Both the position numbers and the translations under genes were made by a program. Shown piece by piece: positions 52,256 to 64,000 of a DNA stretch of 64,000 nt. Each line of letters starts with the position of its first letter. The stretch's first letter is position 1. The DNA comes from Chiloscyllium plagiosum. Its lineage: Eukaryota. The notes under the pieces were generated by a model, which did no database searches, was not told the DNA's origin, and saw only the letters and a list, made by a program, of their open reading frames with translations. The stretch covers positions 74,833,220 to 74,897,219 of the forward strand of contig NC_057720.1 of assembly GCF_004010195.1 (NCBI RefSeq). Reading direction: 5' to 3'.

Positions 52256-52669
52256 GTAAGTACAATAATGCACCATCTGGAACAAATGTACAAAGGTAGT
52301 AATGAGGATTAAAGCTTCATTCCAGAACTGATCATAGCAATATAATGAAAAGAGAATGAGCTCAAATGAGATGAAATCACTCCTAAACACATTTATAATT
52401 TTATTGTACTTTTATGATTAAAAAAAAAATTATATGCTTTTACGTTTTAAAATCTTTTTGCCTTTTCTTTACACAATGGGAGCTCTTAACTGTTCGAAGT
52501 GAATGCTGGTGCCTGGGATGAATGGGACGGATATTTAGATCTGAATCCTGACAGCAATGCAACACAAATGCAGCCATTTCTTGTTCAATCAGTGTGTGTG
52601 ATAGGTGTTGGCTGATTATTTAAGAGCCAGGTCTGAAGTTTAAAAATGAGATTGGGACTCACAGTTTAG

Positions 52670-53200
52670 GAAAATAGAAAATGGGAGCAGGAGTGGGATC
52701 AAATGGCCTTGCCATTCAATATAATCGTGGTTATTCATCCAACTCAGTACCCAGTTCCCAATTTCTCCTGTAACCTTTGATCCCATTAGCCCTAAGAACT
52801 ATATCAAAAGTCTTCTTGAAAACATTCAATGTTTTGGCCTCAACTGCTTTCAGTGGCCAAGAATTCTGTAGGCTCACCACTCTCTGGGTGAAGAAATTTC
52901 TCATCTCAGTCCTAAATGGCTTACCTGTGAACTTAAACTATTACACCCGGTTGTGGATTCCGGAAACATCTTTCCTGAATCTACCCTGTCTAGTCCTGTC
53001 AGAAGTTTACAGGTTTCTACAAGACTTTCCTCCCCATTCTTGTAAACACCAGTGAATATAGCCCTAACTGATCCAGACCCTCTTCATACATCAGCCCACC
53101 GTCCCAGCAATTAGTCTGATAAACCTTCATTGCACTCTCTCCAGAACCAGAACTTCCTTCCTCAAGAAAGCAGACAAAAACTGCATACAATACTCCAGGT
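52670..53200 (-). mobile_element. CR1 LINE 3' fragment
   Basis: caccactctctgggtgaagaaatttctcatctcagtcctaaa is the reverse complement of FRTEMRNFFTQRVV. Confidence 0.8.
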
Positions 53201-56200
53201 ATCTTTACATTATTACATGATGATGGTGATGATTATTTTTATTACACGGGTTAGAAATGGTTAACCCTCGAGTGGCCGTGATGCAGTGCTGACCTGTGCA
53301 ATGACACTCTAGAGGGGTTTAGATCTGGCAGTTTAGCGGCCATGTGAATTTGATGGCTGTCAAATGGGTTTATAGGGCTGGGGAGCTGAAGACTCTTTTC
53401 CCTGATTCCTCCTCGAGGAATATCAGATCACACCTCCCAATCATGAAAGACCTCTGGGCTGGATCTTCCCAACCTCCCACCCCAGGCCAACTGTCCTTAG
53501 TCACCAGGTTGGTCATCCTGTCTCAACACTTTCCAGACTTACCCATCCCTCTTATCTCTCTGATGAACACCCCTCCACCAGCAATCTGGAGCCTCAGCCC
53601 AGCCCTCCCTATACATATTGTCACCCAGAATGATTTCGGAGATAGATCACACCAAAGAAATTTGCATTTTTAAGATTAGGCAACTGAGAGACAAAAGAAA
53701 TTAAACAAATACAAGCCTTTGCAGTATACAAATAAATTATGGAAATAACTATTATGTAGCTCAACATGCATAAGTGCAGGCAGATCCAATTTTTGTCTGT
53801 AGGTAGATATCAGTTCCACAGAGAATATGTTTTCATGCTCTATTGCAAATTGCCCTGCATTTTCCCATTTAACTACACCTGAAAAATTACAGGCACCTCC
53901 AGGGACCAGGCTCACACAGTTCCAGGACTGAAACCAGCAGCAAGATAGCAAAATTAGTTGTAAGTGAAATTTAAAAGTGATGGGGACAATTAAAGAAGAA
54001 CTTTGTGATCTGAGCAGCAATTTCTGGAGAGTTCACAAAGGCATTTCATAATTCTTTGGCAGTCTTTGACAAACCCATAGAAGTGGATTTTAGAAAGGGT
54101 AGATCAAAGGAAAGAGGACACTGAGGCATAGCCCTAAGTTTATGGACAAATGGTAGAGCAACCCAACAACTGTTATCCTGTTTCCATGAACTGTTCTCCT
54201 CCAGAGTGTCATTACATGGATCAGCACTGCATTAGAAGGTAGAGGCCAGTGTTAGGCCTGCACTTGATCATCTCTGACCCACATATGTGCAAGCTATCTG
54301 CTGCAGGATTCCCACATTTTTACTCCTGCACCTCTCGAGCCAAAAGAAGCCCTGGAAAAAGGCATTTACATTGGCGAATGAGTAGTCCCTTTAACTACTA
54401 ACTAACTTAGAGTCATACAGCACAGAAACAAACCCTTCGGCCCAACTCAAACATGCTGACCAGGTTTCCTAAATTGAACTAGTCCCATTTGCCTGCAAGT
54501 GGCCCATATCCCTCTAAACCTTTCCTATTCATGTGCCTGTCTAGATGTCTTTTATTTATGGTAATGGTACTTACCTCTAACACTTCCCAAAATGTAAGAA
54601 AACCACACAGCAATAACAACATTTAAATCAGGCACCAATATTGGAGCCCCAGTATAACTTACTTTTCTGGCCCTGCTATTGTCCCTTGATGCTGTTCCTT
54701 ATGGAGCCTACATGCAAAGATGGTGGAGGCTGTTTTGGAGAGGTGAGAACCCTCTTTTGTACTCCATTGCCTTTTCTTTCTGGTATTTACACCACTTTCA
54801 TTTTTCTTTCCCTCCTTTTCCTGCAGAATTCGAACTTTACTCCTGAACTCCTCTTTTGGTCTTGACAGAATCTTCTTCACTAAGGCTTTTCTCTTCTTCT
54901 CAGTGTGACAGGCGTTTTTGCTTCCACGCAACCTAGCCCACACTGTTATCATTGCACTTCTAACCAGCTTCTTAGTGAAGGTTTGACTGTGGAGTGCTGA
55001 ACTTGCCCTATTGCTGTTCCATGGCTGCTGATGATCATTTGTCAGTTTTCATATTTCAGCTACTGTCTGACTGTCTTCTGAACATAGCACAGCTCTTAAA
55101 GTTGTGTATTTGCTGTTTCAAAGCAATTTTTTCTTTTTACTTCAGTGACAAATAGACTCTGTCTGCCAATCGCCAATCATCATCCCATTTGGTTCAACTA
55201 AATGGAATTCTAATCTGCTCCACTAATCTGCACCACTGCTCACCATTGTCATTCTTGCCAATATATGGTATTCTATTTTAGATAGTCCACTGCCAGCAAT
55301 CTTCTTTTCTCTATATTGAGCTTAGGGCTTGTCTAATTATCAGTGGTAGAGAATGGACCATTGGTAAATTAAAACACAAGAGGCATTTGTCTTCTAGATA
55401 AGGCAGTTGTTGCATAATGGTAATATTTAGTTTACATTACTATTCAGGCATTAGTACTAAGCACTTGTGAGGGCTGTACAAAATACAGCTCTGTGTATTT
55501 GTTCAGAATTCAACTGTCTCCACCCAAAGACTATTTACCATTACCATCAATTAATTGGAGCTCAGTGTAACATGAATATTAAGTCCTTCAGAATCACTAT
55601 CTTATACAATGTGTTTGAAGCTGTACAGAACAATAAGGCAATTGGCAAACTTACAAAGCAGTATTGAATTCCAAAGATATTATTTCCTGAGAGGAAAATC
55701 TGTGTTTCTCAAACAAAACTATCCAGGGATCCTAACAATGCAGAGATATTTATCCAGAAACAACTTCAGAAGTCAGAAGAATTATGAAAAATATATAGAA
55801 TTTTCCCTTCTTTACTGGTTACTGCAGTGATTGAGGGAAAAGAAATTGTAGACAATGTTAAGAGTTCAAGTCTGTCTAAAAATTGGCTCACTGTACGAGG
55901 TCTTGATATGAAAACATATTATAGTAGAACGTGTGGCCAAGCCTTAAAAAAAATTAGTCAGTTCATGTCCAAATGTTCTGAAGCCAGCTGGATAATGTAA
56001 GCAGAAGCCCAGCTACAGCAAGATTGCAAAAGATGGAGAAGTTAAATTACTGGAGCCTGTCCCATTGCCCAAGAATCCCAGAGCATGGCTCAGATAAAGG
56101 GTCAATCCGAGGTTGTGTTACCAGGATTAGGCCATGGGAAAAGTGCTCCTATCATATGCATGGTTACGTTTCTCATGAAAGCAATTTCTCATGCATCTTT

Positions 56201-56376
56201 AAAACATTACCGTGCGATCCTTATTTGAAGGTGGTTTTTGAAATGTTACCCTGCGGGGTATCAAACTTTAAAGCTGGAACTTTCTGCATGTACAAAGTGA
56301 TCCTTTGAATTTAGTGAGGGGTACAAGCAGAAGATAGCCATAAAAAGCTCTTGACCTAGATATTTAGTAATCAATT

Positions 56377-56933
56377 GGTGGTTAGTACTGCTGCCTCACA
56401 GTGCCAGGGATTTGGGTTCAATTCCAGCCTTGGGTGACTGTCTGTGTGGAGTTTGTACATTCTCCCCATTTCTGCATAAATTTCCTCTGGGTGTTCTGGT
56501 TTCCTCCCATAGTCCAAAGATGTGCAGGTTAGGTGAATTAGCCACACTAAATTGCCCATACTCTTCAGAGGGTCAGTGTGGACCCGATGGGCCGAATGGC
56601 TTTCTTCCACACTGTAGAAATTTGATGATTCTCTGACCCTCTGAAGAGCATCCCACCAGATCCACCTCCCTACCCTATCCCTGTAGATCTACATTTCCCA
56701 TGGCGGATTCACCCTGCCTGCACATCCCTGCACACCATGGGCAATTTAGCATGGCCAATCCACCTAACCTGCACAAATCTGGACTGTGGGAGGAAACCAG
56801 AGCATCTGGAGGAAGCCCATATAGACACATGGAAAATGTGCAAAACTCCATACAGTTCAGTTACCCAAGGCTGGAATTGAATCCAATTGAACTTCCTGGT
56901 GCTGTGAGGCAGCAGTGCTAACCACTGAGCCAC
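56377..56933. mobile_element. Two HE1-type SINEs tail-to-tail (56377-56635 +, 56636-56933 -)
   Basis: Both match 43172-43502, in opposite orientations. Confidence 0.85.
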
Positions 56934-56934
56934 T

Positions 56935-58170
56935 AACAGCCAATAATCTACTCAGTGCCGCCAGGGCTAGCCAGCTCCTGACTTCATTACAGCCTTGGTT
57001 CAAACATGGACAAAAGAGCTGGATTCCAGAGGTGAGAAGAAAGTGACAGCTTTTGACTTCAAGGCCACATCCGACCCCAAATGGCATCAAGAAGCATTAG
57101 CAAAACAGGAATCAATGGGAATCAGAGGCAAACTCTCCACTGGAGTTCTAATTGGCACAAAGGAAGATGGTTTTGGTTGTTGGAGATCCTCAGCACCAGG
57201 AAATCTCTGCAGGAGTTCCTCAGGATAGAGTCCTAGGCCTAACTTTCTTCAGCAGCTTAATCAATGATCTGTATTCCATCATAAGGTCAGAAGTGGGGAT
57301 GTTCGCTGATGACTGCACATGTTCACCATCATTTGCAACTCCTCAGAATACTAAAGCAGTCCCAGTTCAAATGTAACAAGATCTGGACAATATCCAGTCT
57401 TAGGCCAACAAGCGACAAGTAACATTCGTGCCACACGAATGCCAACCAATGACCATCTTCAATAAAAGACAATGTAAGCATCAATTCTTGACATTCAATG
57501 GTTTTACCATCAGCAAATCCCCCACTATCAATATGCGGGGAGTTTGCATTAAATAGAAGTTCAACTGGACCTGCCATATAAACACAGTGGTTACAAACGG
57601 GTTAGAGGCTAGGAATGCGGTGAGTAACTCACCTCTTAACTCCCCAAAGCCTGTCCACCATCTACAAGGAACAAGTCAGGAGTGTGGTAGAATACTCCTC
57701 GTTTGCTTGGATGGGTGCAGCTCTAACAATATTCAAGAAGCTTGACACCATCAAAGACAAAGCAGCCTGTTTGATTGGTACCACACCCACAAGCACTCAC
57801 TCCCTCCACCACCGATACTCAGTAGCAGCAATGTATGTCATTTTAAGATGCACTGTGGAAATTCATCCAGGTACCTCAGACAGCACCTTCCAAACCCATG
57901 ACCACTTCCATCTAGAAGGACAATGACAGCAGATACATGGGAACACCACCACCTGCAATTCCTTTCCAAATGAATCACCATCCTAGTTTAGAAATATATT
58001 ACTATTCCTTTACTGTCGCTGAGTTAAAATCTTGGAATTCCTTCCTTAAGGGCTTAGTGGACCAACCTACAGCACTTGGACTGCAGTAATTTAAGAAGTC
58101 AGCTCACCACCACATTCCGAAGGGCTACTAGGGATGGGCAAGAAATGCTGGCCAGCCAGTGGTGCACATA
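56935..58170 (+). mobile_element. Second-family CR1-like LINE, RT to 3' end, decayed
   Basis: SAGVPQDRVLG..FSSLINDL..VGMFADDCT (RT motifs); FKKLDTIKDKAACLIG. Confidence 0.85.
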
Positions 58171-58884
58171 GAGTCAAAGAATCATAGAGATGTACAGCAC
58201 GGAAATAGGCCTTTCAGTCCAACTCGCCCATGCCAACCTGATATCCTAAATTAATCTAGTCCCATTTGCCAGCACTTGTCAAACTACAAATATAAAAGGA
58301 AAGCCCAAAGCTTAAAAACAGGGAGAGTTTCCAATGGATTGAAGCAGTGATTGGACATTTCCAAAATATTGAGAGCTAATGAAAATGTGTTCTTTTCCAG
58401 GAAATCAAACAAAATGCTTGACCAACTTATAGTCATGACATTTTGATTGTAGATGGCACAAAGACACAAGAGCAAGTTTTCAAAATTTACATTGAAATGC
58501 AAGCTATATCTCAAATCTGCATTCAACCAAAATGCTCACCCAGTTAATTTTGATACTTTTAAGATTTGGAAAATCGCTTTGGCGTCTCTAATCCTACCTG
58601 AGGGAAAAGGTCACGGAAAGGATCACATTAACAAAATAACAGTGTTCTTAAGCAGTCATTAAACTCTCCGCATTCCAATGTCAACATTTCATGCACGAAA
58701 TTGAAGTTCCAGACAGAATTGCGCTTTAAAACATTACTGCATGCAGAAATTTATATTTACAATTTGTTATAGGAGAATCTTTGGACATGACATGTTTAGA
58801 TAATATTGATCCTAGCAACAGAATCACCAAGTAGAAAAAATGTTTAAACTATGGTAACCTCTTGGTATAATTTTCCCTCACCAG

Positions 58885-59051
58885 ATGGTCTATCTGCCTT
58901 CAGAGCATTTCTCCGTTCGGAATACAGTGAGGAGAACATTGAATTCTGGCTGGCCTGTGAGGACTACAAAAAAACCAAGTCTCCTGCAAAACTCACTTCG
59001 AAAGCTAAGAAGATCTATTCCGAGTTTATAGATGTTCAAGCTCCAAAAGAA
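58885..59051 (+). CDS. rgs8: RGS8-like gene, coding exon 5 (RGS domain: [55 protein letters not shown])
   Basis: ccctcaccag acceptor, 167 nt, [12 protein letters not shown] signature. Donor is GAA|GCAAGT (GC type). Confidence 0.95.
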
Positions 59052-59094
59052 GCAAGTATTTGTTTCTTTCAGAAAAACACCTCAATGAGATAAA

Positions 59095-60200
59095 GACCAT
59101 AAGATATAAAAGCAGAATTAGGCCATTCAGCCCATCGAGTCTGCTCCACCACTCAATCATGACTGATGTTTCTCAACCTCATTCCCCTATCTTCACCCCA
59201 TAACCTTTAATCCCCTTAATAATCAAGAACCTATCTCGATCTTAGATACACTCAATGATTTTGCCTCCACTGTGTTCTATGGGAACGAGTTCCATTGATT
59301 CACCACCCTCTGGCTGAAGAAGTTCCTCCTCAGTTCTTACGGGTTGTCCTTTCACCCTGAGGCTGTGGCCCCGGGTCTTCATCTCTCTTACTAGTGGAAA
59401 CATCTTCTCCACGTCTACTCTATCCAGGCCGCTCAGTGTCCTGTAAGATTAATTGAGATCCTCCCCCGGCACCCAATCTACTTAAATTAATTCAAGTACA
59501 GACCCAGGATCCCCAGCCCCTCCTCATACGACAAGCCCTTCATCCCCAGGATCATTCTTGTAACCCTACCCTGGAACCCCCTCCAACACCAGCTTACCCT
59601 CCTTAGATCCACAATATTCCAAATGCAGCCTGACCAGAAACTTATAAAGTCTCAGCTGTACATCTCTGTTCTTGTATTCTAGCCCTCTCAAAATGAATGC
59701 TCACATTGCATTTAATTTCTAAATGCCAACTGAATCTGCATGTTAACCTTAAGCGAATCCTGAACTTGGACTTTCTTTGTGTTTCAGATTTCCATAGACT
59801 TTCCCCATTTAGAAAATAGTCTATGCCTCTATTCTGCCCACCAAAGTGCATAACCTCGCACTTTCCCACATTGTATTTCATCCGTCACTTCTTTGCCCTC
59901 TCTCCTAGCCTGTCCAAGTCCTTCTGCAGCTTCCCCATCTCTTCAACACTATCTGTCCCTTCCCCATCTTTGTGTCATCTGCAAACTTAGCAATAATGCT
60001 CTCAGTAGCTTCATCCAGATCAGTAATGTATGATGTGTATAATGGGTAGAGTGTACACTATAGTGTAATCTAATGTATAATGTACCATTCATAGCTGTGG
60101 TCTCAATATGGACCCCTGTGGAACTCCACTCATCACCAGTTGCCATCCGAAGAAAAAAAATCTCTTTATCCCCACTGTCTGCCTTCTGCCAGTCAGCCAA
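59095..60200 (-). mobile_element. 5'-truncated CR1 LINE in the last intron
   Basis: SGVPQGSILRPQL, KFADDTK and MKYNVGKCEVMHFG on the minus strand; (ataaga)-type tail at ~59090. Confidence 0.85.
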
Positions 60201-60782
60201 TTAAAATCCCAGAAAACAGGTGAAACGGTGCAGAAATGTAGCATCCTGAGGTAGTTGTGTTGTAGCCATGTGCTCATTGCCTGGAATGAGATTAAAGCTG
60301 TGACTGCTTGCATACTAAAGTGGCTCAAAACAAAAATGAAAGCTCATTTCTACTTTACTCTGAATTTCATGATAATGCATCATTATATTACAGACTGCGG
60401 TCGAGATCATTTGGCCCATCCTATCAATGCAAGCTGACAAGTAGCCATCCTGCCTAATCCAAATTCCCAGCTCTTGGTGTGCAATCTACCTAGGCTATGG
60501 CACTTCAATGGCAGATCCAGAAACCTCAAATCAAAAAATCAAATGCAATTTTCTGCCATTCCCAAGCTTTGAGACAGTGAGTTCCATATGACCGAATCCA
60601 TGCTACCCTCTGGGTGATTGCATTTCCATCCTCAGTTCCAAAGAAAACAATTCTAGTGTATCCAAAAATAAAATTCTTCAATCCAGGCAGTATTCCTACC
60701 AGCTTCTATCTCATACGATACATCCTTCCAATAATGAGATGACCAGAGCTGAATACCGTTGACCAACTTGAGGCAATCTCAA

Positions 60783-60881
60783 ACAACAACAGAAATTGCT
60801 GGAAAAGCTCAGCAAGTCTGGCAGTATCTGTGGAGAGAAATCAAAGTTAACATTTCAGATTGAGTGACCCTTCCTCAGAAC
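60783..60881 (-). mobile_element. Penelope-derived short element with decayed hammerhead (60846-60881)
   Basis: Minus strand GTT-CTGAGGA-A-GGGT-CACTCA-ATCT-GAAA-T-GTT-AAC; same family as 9385-9605. Confidence 0.7.
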
Positions 60882-61110
60882 AATCCATGCTGACTTGGCC
60901 CACACAGGAAGTCCTGAATGTGTACTTGCCCTCTCAGAAAGTGTTTTTTTTAAACAGCCAATATGATGCATGGCTCTTCTCTCACACCAGCCCCATGTCC
61001 CTGCAAATGGTGAGTGAAGACAAATCGATCTCCAGCAGAAATGTGACTCCCTTGATGGTGTTTTTCCTGATGTCAGTACACAGCAGTTAACATTGGTTTC
61101 TCTTCCACAG

Positions 61111-61311
61111 GTAAACCTTGATTTTCAAACTCGGGAGCTGACCAAGAAGAACCTTCTGGAACCAGCCCAAAGCTGCTTTAATGACGCACAGAAAAGAATC
61201 TACAGCCTGATGGAAAGGGACTCTTACCCCAGGTTCCTGAGGTCAAAGGTTTACTTGGATGTGCTAAACCAGACACAGAGCAACAGCCAGACACAACGAC
61301 GGTTCAGCTGA
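61111..61311 (+). CDS. rgs8: RGS8-like gene, last coding exon (VNLDFQTRELTKKNLLEP..LMERDSYPRFLRSKVYLDVLNQTQSNSQTQRRFS*)
   Basis: tttctcttccacag acceptor in phase 0. DSYPRFLRS signature. DFQTRE and the QRRxS ending are RGS8-like. Confidence 0.95.
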   Translation, partial: VNLDFQTRELTKKNLLEPAQSCFNDAQKRIYSLMERDSYPRFLRSKVYLDVLNQTQSNSQTQRRFS

Positions 61312-61889
61312 GGAAGACTAAACAGAACAAAGGGTACAGAGAGAGAGAGTTTTCTCTTATTCCATTCTCTGTGCCCTCCCGCTCATGAATTTTACTCTGC
61401 TGTTGTATATTATTGTTGCAGTGAAGATGGGATAGATGGAAAACCTTTCCTCGTGGTGTTCCCTTGTTCTTGATTTTCAACCATTACATGGAATGCAGCT
61501 TCTCTTGACAGCAGGTCTTTACCCAAATGGATTGATCCCAGTGCCAGTCACCTATACCCCAACTTACCTTTGCCATCACGTTATTTGATGACAGTTCAGA
61601 TAATGCTTCTGTTTCTTTTAATTATCTGAGGCTTGTTGAAACAGCTTTACTGACCCTTACATCATTGAGGTGTAAAGGCGGTGTCAGATCAAATAAATGT
61701 TCTAGTACACATGCATTTAAGTGTTTGAAGTGAAAATAGTTGTTTTAAATCTAGTGTTTGTAATGCAATAGATATTTGTTGATTGAATACTGTGTTTGTG
61801 AAAAAGGTATTTTTCTTAAATGCGTTTTCACTTGTATATTTATCATCTCCACCCATGCAGTCTGAGTGTATTTATTAAATGAGATATCA

Positions 61890-61895
61890 AATAAA
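61890..61895 (+). promoter_or_regulatory. Candidate polyadenylation signal of the RGS8-like gene (a second AATAAA lies at 61692-61697)
   Basis: AATAAA at the end of an AT-rich, repeat-free stretch after the stop codon, followed by GT-rich sequence. Confidence 0.5.
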
Positions 61896-62039
61896 AAGTG
61901 TTTGTGAGGAATCAGTGGGCTGAATCTCACCATGTTTTGGCAAATTCATTTTCATCAAATTTGATGGAGGCTTTCTCTCCTTGAGGCCCAGTGGGGGTTT
62001 CTCATGCTATTAACCATGCTATTAACCATTTCTCATGCT

Positions 62040-62346
62040 ATTAGCACTGCTGCCTCACAGCGCCTGAGACTTGGGTTCAATTCCTGCCTCAGGCGACAGA
62101 CTGTGTGGAGTTTGCACGTTCTCCCCGTGTCTGTGTGGGTTTCCTCCGGGTGCTCCGGTTTCCTCCCACAGTCCAAAGATGTGCAGGGTCAGGTGAATTG
62201 GCCATACTAAATTGCCCGTAGTGTTAGGTAAGGGGTAAATGTAGGGGTATGGGTGGGTTTCGCTTTGGCGGGTCGGTGTGGACTTGTTGGGCCGAAGGGC
62301 CTGTTTCCACACTGTAATATAATCTAATCTAATGTAATCTAATCTA
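62040..62346 (+). mobile_element. HE1-type SINE, well preserved
   Basis: B-box ggttcaattcc, V-domain with CpGs retained, (taatc)n tail. Confidence 0.9.
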
Positions 62347-63039
62347 AAAACCCAAACTTGCCTCTTTAACTACCTTTTCCGCCCCTCTCGCCCGATGCTG
62401 TTTTGACTCTCCTGCTCAGCATTGTAAATAGTACCTACCACTGCCAGGATATGCTGGCATCCCTGGTGCCGGTGCCATCTTAGAACATCAGCCATGCACA
62501 CGGTCAAGTGTTTACTGTCCAGGGTTACCCTTCAATGTCATGGCACGGCAATCTTTCTCACGGCACAGAGGTGGTATGACTAACACTTGCAGTACTTCAA
62601 CTGCACAATTCTACACCTGTCACTGTTTTAAGCCCCAAGACACATAACTTACCTGATCGTAGCCATATTCTATTCTCAACCATCTCTCAGTCACTGTTAC
62701 TCTTTCCCCAGTGCTCAATACGGTGCCATCACGTACAGGGAACCCTTCAGTCATCTCAAAACAAAATCACTTTTATTAACAAACACCAAAAGGAAACAAA
62801 TGTCACCCAAAGAGAAATTGCACTTGCCTCCAGGAGTAGAAACAAAACCTCTTATGCAGAGTGCCAATGTACAGTCAATTAGTGTTCACTGCACTCAGCT
62901 CTCGTCAACTGGAACTGGGTCTCACTGGAGTTCTGTGTGGCTTGTAGCGCCCAACATTTTTGGCTGTTCTCATGCCCAAAGTAATGTTCCTCCTGCTCTA
63001 TGTCATCACACTCCTCCTAGTAAGACTGCTCCCACTCTC

Positions 63040-63720
63040 CCACTTTGACAGGATCCATTGCGTCCCCTCATTACCTTCTCCCTATGTGCAGAGCACAGCA
63101 TGCTAGCATTGTGCATCACCTTCTGTCTAGAGTATACTGCAGTGCCCCACCAGATCAGTCCAAGCCTCATCTCCAGCCGACCTATCACTTGCACCACAAT
63201 GGTCCTGGTCAGTGAGAATGGTTACATTGTACCTCCACTCTGCCTCAGGCGTGTGTGTGTGTGTGTGTGTGTATATAGGATTTGGATTGCATAATGGAAT
63301 CAACAACAATTCACAGTGTCCTCACTCCAGCAATTGTCCTTGTAAGGCAAGTGGGCCCTCAAACGCAGCAGCAACATAAGCGTTCTCAACAATGTAGGTG
63401 CTGTGGCTGCTCCCAGATTAACTTCTAAAAGAGGTGGAAAGATCACAAATGTCTTGCATATTGGTGGAATGAGACTATTTTTTGCTGATGAACTCAGCAG
63501 TGCTATAATCTGGTCCTCTGAGAGCATTGTGTGTACAGTCTATTGTGTCCCGCGACTGGGCGAGCCGGTGATATTGCCAAACCTTACTGTCCAGTCTGCA
63601 GCACTGCCGAAGCGCAAAGGAGCCAGTTGTGTAACAGCTCCAAGTGGCTGTCACTTTGACAGCCATTAAGATAGGATGGCCACCCACTCCTTCAGGTTAC
63701 AGGGCCCACTCCAGCTGTTG
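63040..63720 (-). mobile_element. Decayed PIF/Harbinger (HARBI1-like) DDE transposase
   Basis: GGHPILMAVKVTATWSCYTTGSF resembles LxFYATGSF. TIDCTHNALRGP..FISKK*SHSTNMQDICD resembles IDCTHV..NRKGFHSINVQ.VCD. TRTIVVQVIGRLEMR resembles TR.VVE..IG.LK.RF. Confidence 0.8.
63251..63272. repeat. (GT)11 microsatellite
   Basis: Direct reading. Confidence 0.9.
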
Positions 63721-64000
63721 ATGTTGTTCAGTGACAACTGTCCTGGGACAAGCTTAGACTGTATTGACATGGCATGAAGAATGAAAGATCCTAGTCCTGA
63801 GAGAATCTTTAGCTGTGATCTCTTCATCTGTTCGGCATCTGCTGGTCTTGGGCTTGTTGGTGCATCTGTCCCTCCTGCTCTTCCCTGCCGCTTCATTATA
63901 TTGCAGCTAGATTGATGATAACTCCTGGTGTGGCTGGATCCATCATATACTCTTGCAGTGAACCTATGAAGGGAACATAGGGAACAGAACATTTCCTTCA

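Noticed and set aside
58851-59093. ORF-track 80-aa ORF (and 48487..48678, 61093..61311) as standalone genes
   Set aside because: They are exons with intronic overhangs; homology stops at the splice signals.

Overview
Repeat-rich eukaryotic genomic DNA. The repeat families (HE1/V-SINE-type SINEs, CR1/HER1-type LINEs, Penelope-like fragments) point to a cartilaginous fish (shark); this is inference. One host gene is present: a + strand RGS8-like regulator of G-protein signalling, reconstructed by hand as six phase-compatible coding exons (20635-20751, 38555-38643, 48564-48674, 52194-52255, 58885-59051, 61111-61311; 747 nt, 248 aa). It has an RGS3-like N-terminal extension and a GC-AG last intron. 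The rest is nested and decayed transposons: CR1 LINEs, SINEs, a Gypsy pol fossil, LTRs, Penelope GIY-YIG fragments and a PIF/Harbinger transposase fossil. The most notable signal is a set of short non-coding Penelope-derived elements carrying minimal type I hammerhead ribozyme motifs with compensatory stem changes. They occur as a 134-bp monomer with a perfect 15-bp target-site duplication, as a tandem retrozyme-like unit, and as head-to-head palindromes. There is also a ~364-bp near-identical inverted duplication. All family assignments come from motif recognition and recall; no searches were run.
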